From: Piromyces finnis finn | Lineage: Eukaryota > Fungi > Neocallimastigomycota | DNA: 64,000 bases | Assembly (NCBI GenBank): GCA_002104945.1 | Contig: MCFH01000015.1 | Location: 847,806-911,805, forward strand | Reading direction: 5' to 3' | Shown here: positions 20,942-32,467 of the stretch, piece after piece | Layout: every line of letters starts with the position of its first letter | Position numbering within the stretch: position 1 is the stretch's first letter | Notes under the pieces: generated by a model | The model's input: the letters and a program-made list of their open reading frames with translations, nothing else | Database searches by the model: none | What the model was told of the DNA's origin: nothing | Translations under genes and position numbers: made by a program

Positions 20942-21045
20942 TACGAATTTAAATTACGAATTTTAACTACGAATTAAAACTACGAATTTTAACTACGAAT
21001 TAAAACTACGAATTTTAATCACGAATTTTAACCACGAATTTTAAA
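20942..21045. repeat. 8 x 13-bp tandem array (YACGAATTWWAAH) in the 3' region of K
   Basis: Units start at 20942, 20955, 20968, 20981, 20994, 21007, 21020, 21033. Confidence 0.9.
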
Positions 21046-21208
21046 TTAGAAAAAACTAAAGTTTTAAAATAATACATTTAGATGATATTTATACATGATT
21101 ATTAAATTTAGCTATAATATTATTAATAAACTATTACTAATAGAATTTTTAAAGTTATATTAAATATAAATAATTTTAACTAATTAGATTCATTTTTTGT
21201 GTTTAAAG

Positions 21209-22684
21209 TTAGTCAAATGTTTCTTGGTTCTTTTTCATTGGTTCATTTGTTAAATCGATTTCTATTTGAAAGTTCGAAAGTTTTCTTTTCTTAAGTTCAT
21301 TACTAATTACGGCTTCGGAAGCGGGGAAGATTTCCTTTAATTCGTTATCAATTATCAAAGCATTGATTCTTTTACTAATACTTTCGATTTTATTTCTAAG
21401 TTCTTCTGTTTCCTTCCATTGGGCAGTTAATTGTTTTTCCGTTTTATTAACCTTTCTAGTAAGTTCGATGCGTTCGGCCTTTGGGTTTAGATCATATCTA
21501 AGGTCGTTGATTTTTTGATTTAATTTGTTGAATTTTCTTTTAACTTCTACTTGAGTGTTTCCTGTTTGAAGAAGTTGAATTTCGTCTTTTACCTTTTTAA
21601 TTTCTTGATTAAACTGTTCCTTTCTGTCCAAGACTTCTTTTAAGTCTTCGCATCTTAAATTAATCTGCTTTTTATATTGTTTTTCATAATAAGTGTTTTC
21701 TTCTAATAGGTTAATAATTTGTTCTTTCAAGCTTTTGAATAGTTTATCCTGATTTCGATACCATTTGTATAGGTAATCCTTTAATTCTTCTTGTTTATTG
21801 CTTTCGATTAATGAATTGATTGTAACTTTAAAGACTTTGAAGTCGGTGTCTTCTTTCTTTTCATTATTGTTTGATGATTCCTTATCTTTTAATTCAATTG
21901 TGTTGATTATAAAATCTAGTGAGTTCATTTCCTCTATGTTGTTTATCTGTTGTGGATTAGCTATAGTATTATTGTTTACTTCATTACTTTGTTCCATTTT
22001 GATAAATCTTGATAATAGGTCCGCTATTTTGTTATCTTTTCCTTCTATGTAGCAAGGTATAACATTAAAATTGCAAATATTCTCGAATAGTCGTAGCTTT
22101 CTATTTGTTTCGACTTTGGAACCAGAGTTGATATAGATTACTAGGTTCTTGTGGTCCGTGGCGCAATAGATTTTTTGTCCCTGTTGAAGTAATAATCTGT
22201 AGTGATGAAGAGTATCTGAAAGGGCTAGCAGTTCACGATCAAAAGTCGAGTATTTTCTCTCAGTTGAATTTAGTTTTCTTGAAAAGAAACCTATTGGCTT
22301 TAAATATTTTTTAAGTTCTGTTAAACTATTATTCTTTATTTCAAATGTATTCATAGCCTCATTTAATTTCATTGGAGGATCGATATCTTCACGATTTTTG
22401 GCTTTATCGGATTTATTATTTTTGCGTCCATAATGTCCGTTATACGTCCACTTCTTATGACCAAATAGATTTTCGATTGTTTCACGATTGACATTATTCT
22501 TGTATACGTTACTTAAAATGTAATTTTGAACATGTACATGGGGGCCCTCCGCTTGGAAAATTGCGGCACCAATTCCGATTTCCGAGGCGTCGGTTAGAAT
22601 AAAAATGTCATGGTTAGGTTTGAAAGGGACTAAATCTGGAAGGTTAGGGATTAAATTTTTGAAGTAATTAAGTTCTTCGTCCAT
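21209..22684 (-). pseudogene. K RNase H plus C-terminal coiled-coil domain
   Basis: LTDASEIGIG, RELLAL, TDHKNL, IADLLSR. Joined to the upstream RT frame if 1 bp is restored near 22855. Confidence 0.88.
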
Positions 22685-22824
22685 TTCTTTGGTCCAGGCG
22701 GTGTTTTTGTTAGATAATCCTAAGGAAATGTTTTTTGTTTTTTCTGTAAAGTTATTAACATAATCTTTAAAGTAATTTAAGAATCCATAAAGTTGTTGAA
22801 ATTCTTTTGGAGAATTGCATTCTT

Positions 22825-24846
22825 TTATTTCAAGGTTTTTTTTAGATATTGGGCGGTTTTTTCGAAACCAATTTTGTAGCCTAAATATTCAAATTCTTCG
22901 GGGAAGAAAAGACATTTTTCAAGTTTACAAAATAAATTATTATCTTTAAATTTTTTAAGTGTATAGGCACATAGTTTAATACATTCTTCTTTGCTTTGAG
23001 CGTAGATATGGATGTCGTCCAAGTAAACATCGATTCCTTTATTCAAATAATCTTTTAATAATAAATTAAGAATAGATTGAAAGATAGAGGGCGCTGTTGA
23101 TAATCCGAAGGGTAAAACTTTCCATTGGTATGTTTGGTTCTTGAAACGGAAGCTTGTTAAGAAGCGATATTTCGGTTCTAGAAAAATTTGATTATAAGCG
23201 TTTCTAAGATCTAGGAGAATGTGATATCTATATTGAGCGGCTCTATGTACTAACTCAATGATTTTTGGAATCGGGTAGTTATTATGATGTAAGCAGTTAT
23301 TTACCATTACATAGTTGAAGACAGTTCTAAACGTACCATCCTTCTTTGGAACGTTGAATACATTGCATGCGGAACTGGATCTGGTTTTTTCGATCTTTCC
23401 ATTTTCCTCTAATTCACGAAACTCTTCTTCAAGGGCGTCTTCTTGTTCTTTATCGAGTTTAATGTGGGGCATCATTGGGAGCCTCTTTACCTTTTCCTTA
23501 TCGTAAGGTAAGTAAGCATTCAAGTTATTGACTTTCCTGTCAAATATTTTTCCTTTTGGAGGAAATTCAAAAACTTGTTTGTATTCTTGAAGTTCACTTG
23601 GCAAGTTTTGAATTTCCTTAATGATATATTCTTCCAAACCTTTTTTATGGTCGGTTGAAATAATAAAGCTTTGGTTATCTTGTTTTTGCTTGAGTAGTTT
23701 CTGCTCAATCCTTAGTTTTTCGTCTGTAGAGAGCGTTATTATTTCTGTATTATGAGTATGATTAGAATTTTTCTTATATTCATTTCGTTTTTTAGTAACG
23801 ATTTTTCCTCGATCGTCTAGATTTTCGTTATCCCATTTTTCATCGATTACATATTTTCTTTTTTGAAGTGTTTCTCTAAATTCTTCTTTTCTGTTATCCT
23901 CAAAGTTTAAGAAATACGGGAAGTACCTAGCTTCTAAATGTAATTTCCTCATTTTAAATAATAAATCATCGTTAAGGATTATTTTGTCATAATAGAAGTT
24001 CTTTTTCTGATGGTTAATCGGACCATTGATAGGCATAATGCTTAACCTAACATTAGTAAAATAAAATATTCCCTTTTTTATTTCTACTCCTATAGTGAGA
24101 TAACAATACTCTTTTATTTCGGTTATGGTTTCCCCCGATTGTATAGTGTGTGAAATGTTATTATTGTATCTTTTAATGTTGAGGTTGGCGATTATATTTT
24201 CACCAATACAATTTCCGGCAGAACCTGAGTCTAAGAGGACAATTCCATATTTGGCGTTATGTTTATTGTCTATAATAAGAGCCTTGTTATAATGCATCTT
24301 GCCGCCGAAACGTGGGTTATTTAAGAACTTCGAGTTTTTGATGGTTTCCATAGTGTTATGGATATACTCTTGAGTAAGTTTTTCCCGTTGAATGTGACTT
24401 ATACTTTTATCTATAATACTTTTTTCTGTATTGTGTGTGGAGGATGGCCTCCCTATAATGTTTTTAGTCTTTTTAGCTTCCAATTTTTTGGTGTATTTTG
24501 AATATTTTGAATTACTATTATTTATTGGTTTGACCTTATTATGAGTGAAGGTGGGTTTTGGATGGTTAACAAATAACTTGAGGTCTTCCCTCATACTTTT
24601 TTCACCTTCATCTTCTGCTATAGTTTTGAATATGATGTTGATAAGTTCTTGGTAAATAGTCTTGTTTTCTTCATCTTGGTCTTCAAAGTTTTCTCTTGGG
24701 TCTTTCACAGGTAGCTTAGGAAGTTTCTTCAGACATTTTTCGGCAAAGGCGGTAGGCAATGCCTTAGATAATTTCGTAAATCTATTATAGTATGGCTTAT
24801 TGATGTTATTACCAATTTTTTCCATATTTTCCAAAAATATTTCCAA
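22825..24846 (-). pseudogene. K Gag C-part, protease and RT
   Basis: LLDSGS; LDLRNAY, YQWKVLPFGL, YLDD. In frame with 25075-27078 across a single TAA (76 open codons between). Confidence 0.88.
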
Positions 24847-25074
24847 GTTTTCAATGTTAAGATAGTTTATCTTTAAAGTTTTCCATTTAACTTCCTGTTC
24901 TTGAAGGGAAAGTTCGCAGAATTCCCTTTCGAATTGATAAATGAAATTGTTAAGTTTTTGCCAAGTAGTGGATTCGTTCCACTCTAATTCTTTATTATCT
25001 AATTTATTTTTGTATATGTTTTCGAACCATTGTTTGACTTCCTTGCCTCCCCTAGCAATGATGGCGTCTCTGAT

Positions 25075-27078
25075 TTATATTTCGTTTACCCTTGGGCAAT
25101 AGGTCTGTAAATATGTTTTGAGACTAGATAGGTATTCATAACCGTTATGTTTGTTCTTGTACCTTGGTGCTGGCACTTTAAATAAAGACCTGAACCCTGA
25201 TATATTCTGCTGAATCTCAAGGGGTAAGTCTTGAAATTCTGTTGGGCGAAAGGGCACGACAGGACTAGTTCTTGAATCGTATATTCTAGGATGGGTCTTA
25301 TAGTGATAATATTGTTCACTTTTAGATCCTTTACTAAAATCAGGTTTAGTTTTCTGAATTAACCTCTTAAATTTTTCTCTATTTACTTCTTCAGGAGTAT
25401 TGTACATTTTTGTACGATGAAACTTGATGTCAAAATAATTTTGTTTTGCTTCTTCACTTTTAAAACCGGCGTTAAATCTTGAAGTAATATCTTCTTTATT
25501 ACTTGTATTATATGATGTAGAAGCTCTGTACGGATTTGAAGAGCTTTCTTTAATTGATTCAAGTTTTCTGTTGAAGTTTTCTTCTTGTTCTTTAAACTTA
25601 TCATTAATTCGTTTATTTTGTTCCTCTTCCCTATCGTCTAAGGTTGAATGTCCTATGAAGGACTTACTTCTGAACTTCGATATATTGCTGAAGGAAATTT
25701 CTTCGGTAGGATGATTAAAGCTTGTATCCATAAGATATTTTTCATTGATGAGGGTATTAATAATTCTTCTGCAAGTTTCATTTTTTGGTTGGATGGTTAC
25801 TTCTAAATTTTCTTGGTTAATAGTAGCAGCGAAGAGTTTCTTCGTCTTTACATTACTATGAAATAATAGCTTATATTCTTCTTGGATATTATCGATCTCG
25901 AGATGACCTATTTCATTAAGTTTCTTCTTTACAATAGTTATCTCCTTCAAACATTGTTTAATCGATTCATCTTGAATAGAGTTTTGAAGATTATCATATT
26001 TTGTTAGTAACTCTTCGTAAAGTTTCTTTACATTATTTAATTGTTCTTCGACTTGATGATTATTTTCTGAATTTAACAGTTCTGTTTCTAAAGTTTTAAT
26101 ACGTTCTTGTAATTGAGTTTGAAGAACTGCATGGTCTTCGAGGTTTTTACGGAAAGTTTCCATATTTTTATTGAACGATTCTTCAGCTTTACCATTAATG
26201 TGATATGTAGTGATTAATTGATCTTGAAGCTTCTTGATAGCCTCCTTAGAATCTATTCTAGTGGCCTGTAGTTTTTCGGCCATTTCGTTTTTAATATTAG
26301 TCGTAAGGTTATCGGTATAAGTGACGTTTTCGGTAGTTTGAAGTGTGATTTTTTCAATTTCTTTCTCCACTTGTGTTAATCTTTTTGTTAGATTGGTTAC
26401 CTCTTGGTTGTTGCCTTCAATAGCTGCTTGTTGTTGAGAAAGGCCGTTTTCGAGTGGTAATAAATCTTGAGACTTCGCAGTAGTAAGCTGACTTTGTTGA
26501 AGTTCTTCGCGAACCTCATTTACAGCGATGTTTAATTCTGTGGGCTTTACAGTGTTGAGATCTATAACATTTGCTAAATTTTGTACCTGATAAGCATCGG
26601 CCTTGTTAGCCATTTTTGTATCCATTTGTTCAATCCTTTTATTTTGTTCCATTATAGAAGTCTGTAAAGTCGCATTTATGGTGGCGGTAAGAGTCATAAA
26701 TTGAGTCTGCATTTGTTCCATGAAATTTTTCATCATGGTTTGCAGTTCCTCCTTGTTGCTATTAGTTTCAGTCTTTATTTCCTTATACATGTTATCCATG
26801 GATGCTAGTAGAGTGGCTCCATTATTCTCTGGATTATAGTCGAGTATTTGATTATTTCCGCCGTAAGTATTTTTAATCTCAGTTTCTAATGTTTTTATAT
26901 CTTCAATGTCGTCAGAGAGTTTTTCAAGATAATCATTTACTCCTGACATGCTTGATTTTGAGTCTTGTTCAATTTTCTCAATTTCCATTGAATGTTGATT
27001 TTCGGAGGACTTATTTATTTCTGCCTTTGGAGTATCCTTGTGGTCAACTGGTTGCTTTCCTTTGTTAGAATTTTTCAT
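25075..27078 (-). pseudogene. K coiled-coil/Gag-like N-terminal region
   Basis: Long heptad-rich ORF; the frame continues after TAA as IRDAIIARGGKEVKQWFE. Confidence 0.75.
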
Positions 27079-27225
27079 CTTGGATGGTAAGAATTTTGTT
27101 TTTGTCTTTGTAATAATAAATTTGACAGTTAAAATCGGTTAAGGACTTCTGGCCTTTAATTAGATTTCTTAATTATTTATACGAGTTTAGGTCCAAACAG
27201 GAATAGAATTAGAAGTTTTTTCTAA

Positions 27226-27323
27226 TTTAAAATTAAATTGCCTGTTCGTTTTAGTAAAAACTAACGGGGGCTTTTTCTTCAATGGTAACTAGATAATATG
27301 TAGCTATGGCTACATATTATCTA
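27226..27323 (-). repeat. 5' terminal repeat of K ending in a 15-bp perfect fold-back
   Basis: TAGATAATATGTAGC-TATG-GCTACATATTATCTA at 27290-27323. Confidence 0.9.
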
Positions 27324-28051
27324 AAGTACATATGCTTACCTAAGGACCTAGCCCATTCAGTTTTTCCGCTTCTACTTGGGCCTATGAGTATCAAGCTTTG
27401 TGGTCTGGACCACTCCCCAAAACGATGGAAATTTTCAAGCCAACCTTGAAAGTAGCATATTTTCCACAGCAAGTTCTTCTGGTAGCTTAAAGTCGCTTTG
27501 TGTGTATGGAGATATATACTCGCGTTTAGGTTCTTCAGGAAACATCTTCTTAATGTAGGCTATCCAGTTAGTAAAGTGGTTTGCGAATCTTGAGGCAAAT
27601 CCTTCTTCGTGTAGGCGTTGGATTACTTGATTTTGTGTTAACTTTTCGCTTAAGTAACGATCCCAGTCTGGATCTTTACTTTCATTTCCGTCAAGTTTTA
27701 AAAGATTCCCATTCAAAGGTAGATAAAGGACACTTATCTTCTTTGGTTAAGTATTTGATCATGGGAACAATACTTCTTGAGCCGTTTCTTTTGACAGTGG
27801 AAATATGTGGGTGTAAACCACACATATCAAAGTTAAACTCGTTTACGGTTACCCTTTTTGTAAACCTGATAAGCGTGAAAATGACGCTTTCCAGTCACGT
27901 GACCTGTTTCTTCGTCAACCATAAGCTTATCCACATGAACGTCGGCAATAACTAGTAGCTGTAAGCACGCGTATAATTCTTCTTTGGTTACATCACGTGC
28001 ATCGGCATAGGTTAATCCAAAGTCACGTTTTCTTAATACGAAAGCTGGCAT
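27323..28051 (-). pseudogene. rep: CRESS Rep, N-terminal part (HUH endonuclease and Walker A), three frameshifts
   Basis: Motif I FGLTY, motif II RHFHAY, GRS-like FDMCGLHPHI, motif III YLTKED, Walker A LILIGPSRSGKTEWARSLGKHMYF. Read by hand across three frame changes. Confidence 0.9.
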
Positions 28052-28095
28052 GAGAATTTCCATTTTTTGAAAATTCTCAAAATTTTTCTAAGTGT
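28051..28095 (-). repeat. Right arm of perfect 45-bp inverted repeat
   Basis: Reverse complement of 18845-18889; its last base is the A of the likely Rep ATG. Confidence 0.95.
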
Positions 28096-28184
28096 CGTGG
28101 AAGTGTCCATGTCCAAATTATTATGACGTGCCAGTGTCCATAATTTTTTGGGTCGTCCGGCGAAACGACCCTTAGGACGGGCAG

Positions 28185-28805
28185 TGTCACAATAACATAT
28201 AAAAATTTAAAAAATTTGGACACATGGAAAAAATTAAAAATTTTTTTAAAATTTGAAAATTTGAAAATTTGAAAAAATTTATTTTTTAAATTTTTATTAA
28301 AAAATTTCAAATTATAAAATTTCTAATATTCAAAATTATTAAATTTTTTTTAAAAATTATTAAAATTTTATTATAAAAAATTTTTATTTTTAAATTTATT
28401 AACTATTTACAATAATTATATTAATTATTAATTTATAAAAATTAAATATTTTATAATTAGACAATAATTAATTAAAATTAAAAAATGTAATAATTAAAAT
28501 TGTTCATGTATAAAAAGAACAAAAATTGACAAAAATTACGAAGCTTTAGCGTTAGTAATTTTTTAACTTAAAGTTAATAAAATTTATAAACTCCTATAAA
28601 ACCTAAAACTTTAAAAATTTTAATATTTTTAATAACTTAATATATGCTGATATTAAGTTATTGCTAAAATAAAAATATTATTTAATTTTCTTTATATAAA
28701 TATTATTAGCTTTACGCCTTCAATAAGAAAGCGTATTATATTTGTTAATTAATATAACTAGTGTGCTTACCACACTTTTCTTTAATAAAAAATCGCTTTT
28801 TGACA
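28185..28805 (+). repeat. 3' LTR of B
   Basis: Direct repeat of 10429-11021. Confidence 0.92.
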
Positions 28806-28806
28806 A

Positions 28807-29574
28807 TGTAATAATTATATTATATTTATTATATAATAATAATTATTAGCTTTAAATTAATAATATAAACTATTATTAAAATGTGAAAATAAAGGTAAAA
28901 TTAGAAACTTAACTTAATGAGTTTTTTATAAGAAATTATAATAAACAAAACCAAATGTATCAGAATTATTTTGTGTATTTAATAGTTTTTTTAATATTTA
29001 TTTTATTACTTATTATTTTGTATAAAGTTATTTATTATAATTAATCTTATAATAATAACTCTTGATTTCTCAAATCGAACTCAAGAGTACTATTTATATG
29101 TTTTATTTTATTAAATTAAAATTTCTAAGAACATTCTAATCTTAACAAAAATCTTTTTAGGAAAAGACTAGAAGAAAAACCTAAAAAGTTATTTGATTGA
29201 TATTCTAATCATACCAATCATCGTAATATTAAGTAAAACCGTTGATAACGGGTAAAACCTTAATATCCGATTTTCTATTACATACTAATATATAGTTGTA
29301 TAATATTATTAATGTAATTAGTATGTGTTTTATCTTTTATAATACAAGTATATATATAAATGAATATATAAATACATAATTAAATAAATTAATTAATCTA
29401 ATATAGCGAATGAATAATTATTAACTAAATAAATATTTACAATATTTAACTTAACAAATAACTATAATAATAAATAAATATATTAATATAATCTAATGGA
29501 TTAATGATTATTAACTAAATAAATTATTTGTAATGTTTAATACTAAGAATAAATAATAAGTATTTATTCTTACA
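28807..29574. mobile_element. Solo LTR, I/J family (inverted relative to 34824-35648)
   Basis: TGTAATAATT..TTCTTACA; diverged inverted homology to 34824-35648; no matching TSD. Confidence 0.7.
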
Positions 29575-30343
29575 GACTGATATAATTTGATAATAATCTT
29601 AATTTTGAATTTTACTTCAAAAAGTGATTATTATATTATATCTTTTGTTATAACTATATAAGTTATATTGATTAAGATTTAAAATCATTTTTATAAAAAT
29701 TAATAAAATTGTTTTGTTAAAACACTAAATTGTTTTATTAGAAACACTTGTTTTTCTAATATTTAAATATTTAAAATTTTATTTATTTAAGTATAAAAGT
29801 GATTATTAAAATTATAAAATATTAATCTAACTATATAATATTTCTTTATTAATAATAATAATAATGATTAAAATAAGAATATTTACATGTATTTATATTT
29901 TCTTTTAAATTTAAACTATTTACATTAAAACAATAAAATTAATAACTATTTACAATAAAAGTAATAAAAGTAATTAGAAATAACAATAAAAGAAATAATT
30001 AAAAGTTAAAGAATATAAAAAGTTGTTTATTTTACAATTAATTAAAGTAATAATTATTTTTAATGTTTTAATAAAGGTGTTTAATTATATTATTTTATAA
30101 CATGAATTATTATATTTGTTTACTTTTAAAGTGTAATTTACTAACGAAGTTATTAAATATTTAATTTAACAATTAATTTAACAAGAGTTATATATTTTGA
30201 TCTCGATTAATTAAAGTTTATTATTTTCTTTCAATAATCAAAATATATGCAGTGTTTAGGATTAATTTTATTTAAGAATTTTGGTAAAGTACTTAATTAA
30301 ACTATAACTTGTTTTAAGTTACTTTTAGGGTTAACTTAAAAAT

Positions 30344-31342
30344 TGTTAAGTTTTTGGATTTGGTTATTCGGCCAGGTCAGAATGTTATCAATTATATAGT
30401 AAATATGTTTTTAAGAAATTAAATTTAAATATAAAATAACCCTTTAAACTTCCAAATGAAAAATTAATATTTATTCTTTAGAATAACTTTTTTTATAAAA
30501 TTTTATTTATTTATTAATAATAATAATATAAATGATAATATATTTAATAACTATATAATTAAGATTATAACTATAATCTTTACAAAGAATTAAAATCAAA
30601 TTCAATTCATTCTATTTTATATTCTTTGTTCAGATTATTAAATTGATAAAAATAAAGTATTACATGTAATATGTTAATAATATAATAAGATTGTTTGTTT
30701 GTTTGTTTGTTTGTTTTGTCATGACATAAAATAAAATAAACATATGATTAATCATTTAAACACTTGATCCATTAACCTATTTTATAATAATTAAAATTAT
30801 TTAATTTATAAATGTTAACTGTTACACCTAAATGGTTTAGTTCTATTTTTAGTAACAGTCACTATCATTAATTAAATTAATATAATTAGAATTTCTACTG
30901 ATATCTTTTTAATTTTCGTCAAGTCATAAGAAATGTCTATGATCCATACTTGATATCATATTAATTTTAATTTACTTATTAAAATCTTCAAATGATCATA
31001 TCTTCCTTAAATGTCCAGTTAGAAGGACCGCGATTATACCAAAATATAGCTTTTCCCTTAAGCTTTCTAATAAACTTGGTTTCACAACCGTAGTACTACA
31101 GCCGTAGCACTCGTTTTTGGCGAGTTATGCGTAGTTTCGTATTTGTTTATTTTTGGCTAAGGGTTATAGTGTATTGATATTAGATTTTTTGAAATCATAA
31201 CCCTTTCACTGAACCAAAATTTAAAAGGTGACTTTTAAAGGTGTTTTAAAATAATTATTGGGATCATTTAATTATAATTATTATGTTTAATTGATTATAG
31301 ATATTATCTGAATTTGTTTTAAATCCAGTAAATATCTTCACA
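30344..31342. mobile_element. Solo LTR, D family
   Basis: TGTTAAG..CTTCACA; near-identical to 43486-44442 plus 58378-58385; flanks AAAT/AAAT. Confidence 0.88.
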
Positions 31343-31677
31343 AAATGTTAAGGATTTCACTTCAGTTAGGTCGGAACGTACATATTTACCCTAAGTTTAT
31401 CAATTAATTAAATAAATGAATTAGTAAATTTTTAAATAAATAATATTTTATTAACTTTATTTATTAATAAATTTTTATTTAAAGAAAAATCTTTATTTAT
31501 TAGTTATTATTATAATTAGAGTAAATATTAAATGTAATGAACTCTCGAAATTCCTAATGATATGAATTTTCTCGAGTATTTATACTATCTCTAATATTAA
31601 GGAATACATTTTAAATTTAATACATGACTAATTATTTATATTAATTAACTATCTATAAATTAATTATATATTAATTA

Positions 31678-32467
31678 TGTAAAAGTATAAAATTTAAAAC
31701 AGATTTCATACTTAAAACAAAACAATTTTTATTAACACAAAAATAAAAAAATAAAACATTAAATTTTTATTTTAAAAATCATTTTATTTAAAACTCTTAA
31801 AAAAAGATTATTAACTATATAATAGTTAATAATTAAAAAATTGAAAATAACAATTACATCGATTTAACAAATAAAAATTACATGTATTTATATTTTTTCA
31901 TAATTATATTCTAATATATTATTCTATTTAAATAAACATATATTTAATATAAAATAAACAAAACTAATTTAATTAAATAATAAAATAGCAGAACTAAACT
32001 AAACTAATTCATTATACTTTTAATTCAATTTGAGTAAACTCAAAATTGAATAAAGCCCATGTATTTTCTATAAATTAATTTAATATTATCAATACTATTC
32101 TTAATATATTTCCTATTGAAATATAAATAAATCTATTTTTAAAACTAAGTTAAAATTATTAAACTATTCTAAATTTAAATAAAAAAGTATAATCTATTCT
32201 AAAATTAAATAAAAAGTATTTGAAAAATATTTTAATTATTTAAAATATTTGAAATATTTAAATTTAATTAAAATTCTTTTATTCCTTAAACTTAAATATT
32301 TATCTTAATTTAAATTTAACGGAATTATTATAAAATAATTTATTATTAAATTATTCCATAAAATCTACTCAAAAATTTTATAATCAGTTTTACTAAATAT
32401 TAATTTATTATTTAATAATTAATAATTAATTATTAAATAATCTAAAGATATATATTATATCTTTACA
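31678..32467. mobile_element. Solo LTR, G family (related to the LTRs of A)
   Basis: TGTAAAAG..CTTTACA; TSD AATTA; inverted copy at 39892-40679. Confidence 0.92.

Larger units (their letters stand above)
20477..27323 (-). mobile_element. Element K: integrase-less Gag-PR-RT-RNase H retroelement inserted in rep
   Basis: 87-bp direct repeats (20477-20563, 27226-27312, one mismatch). Long polyprotein broken by one stop and one frameshift. No integrase or recombinase ORF, no TG..CA ends, no TSD. Confidence 0.82.
18845..28095. mobile_element. Endogenous CRESS (Rep-encoding ssDNA) virus, ambisense cap/rep, interrupted by element K
   Basis: Convergent capsid (+) and Rep (-) bounded by a 45-bp inverted repeat; about 2.4 kb of viral sequence remains once K is removed. 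Confidence 0.88.
10429..28805 (+). mobile_element. Element B: composite chromovirus-like LTR retrotransposon with a double RT and viral cargo
   Basis: TGTCA..TGACA LTRs at 10429-11021 and 28185-28805 (a few substitutions plus an indel of about 27 bp). PBS TTACTAACGCT; PPT-like AGGACGGGCAG (28174-28184). No clean TSD (AACTA vs ATGTA). Confidence 0.85.

Noticed and set aside
20477-27323. Calling K a caulimovirus or DIRS element
   Set aside because: No movement protein, CCHC capsid or tyrosine recombinase is visible; a phylogeny is needed.
18845-28095. DNA transposon defined by 45-bp TIRs
   Set aside because: No transposase and no TSD; the contents are viral cap/rep.
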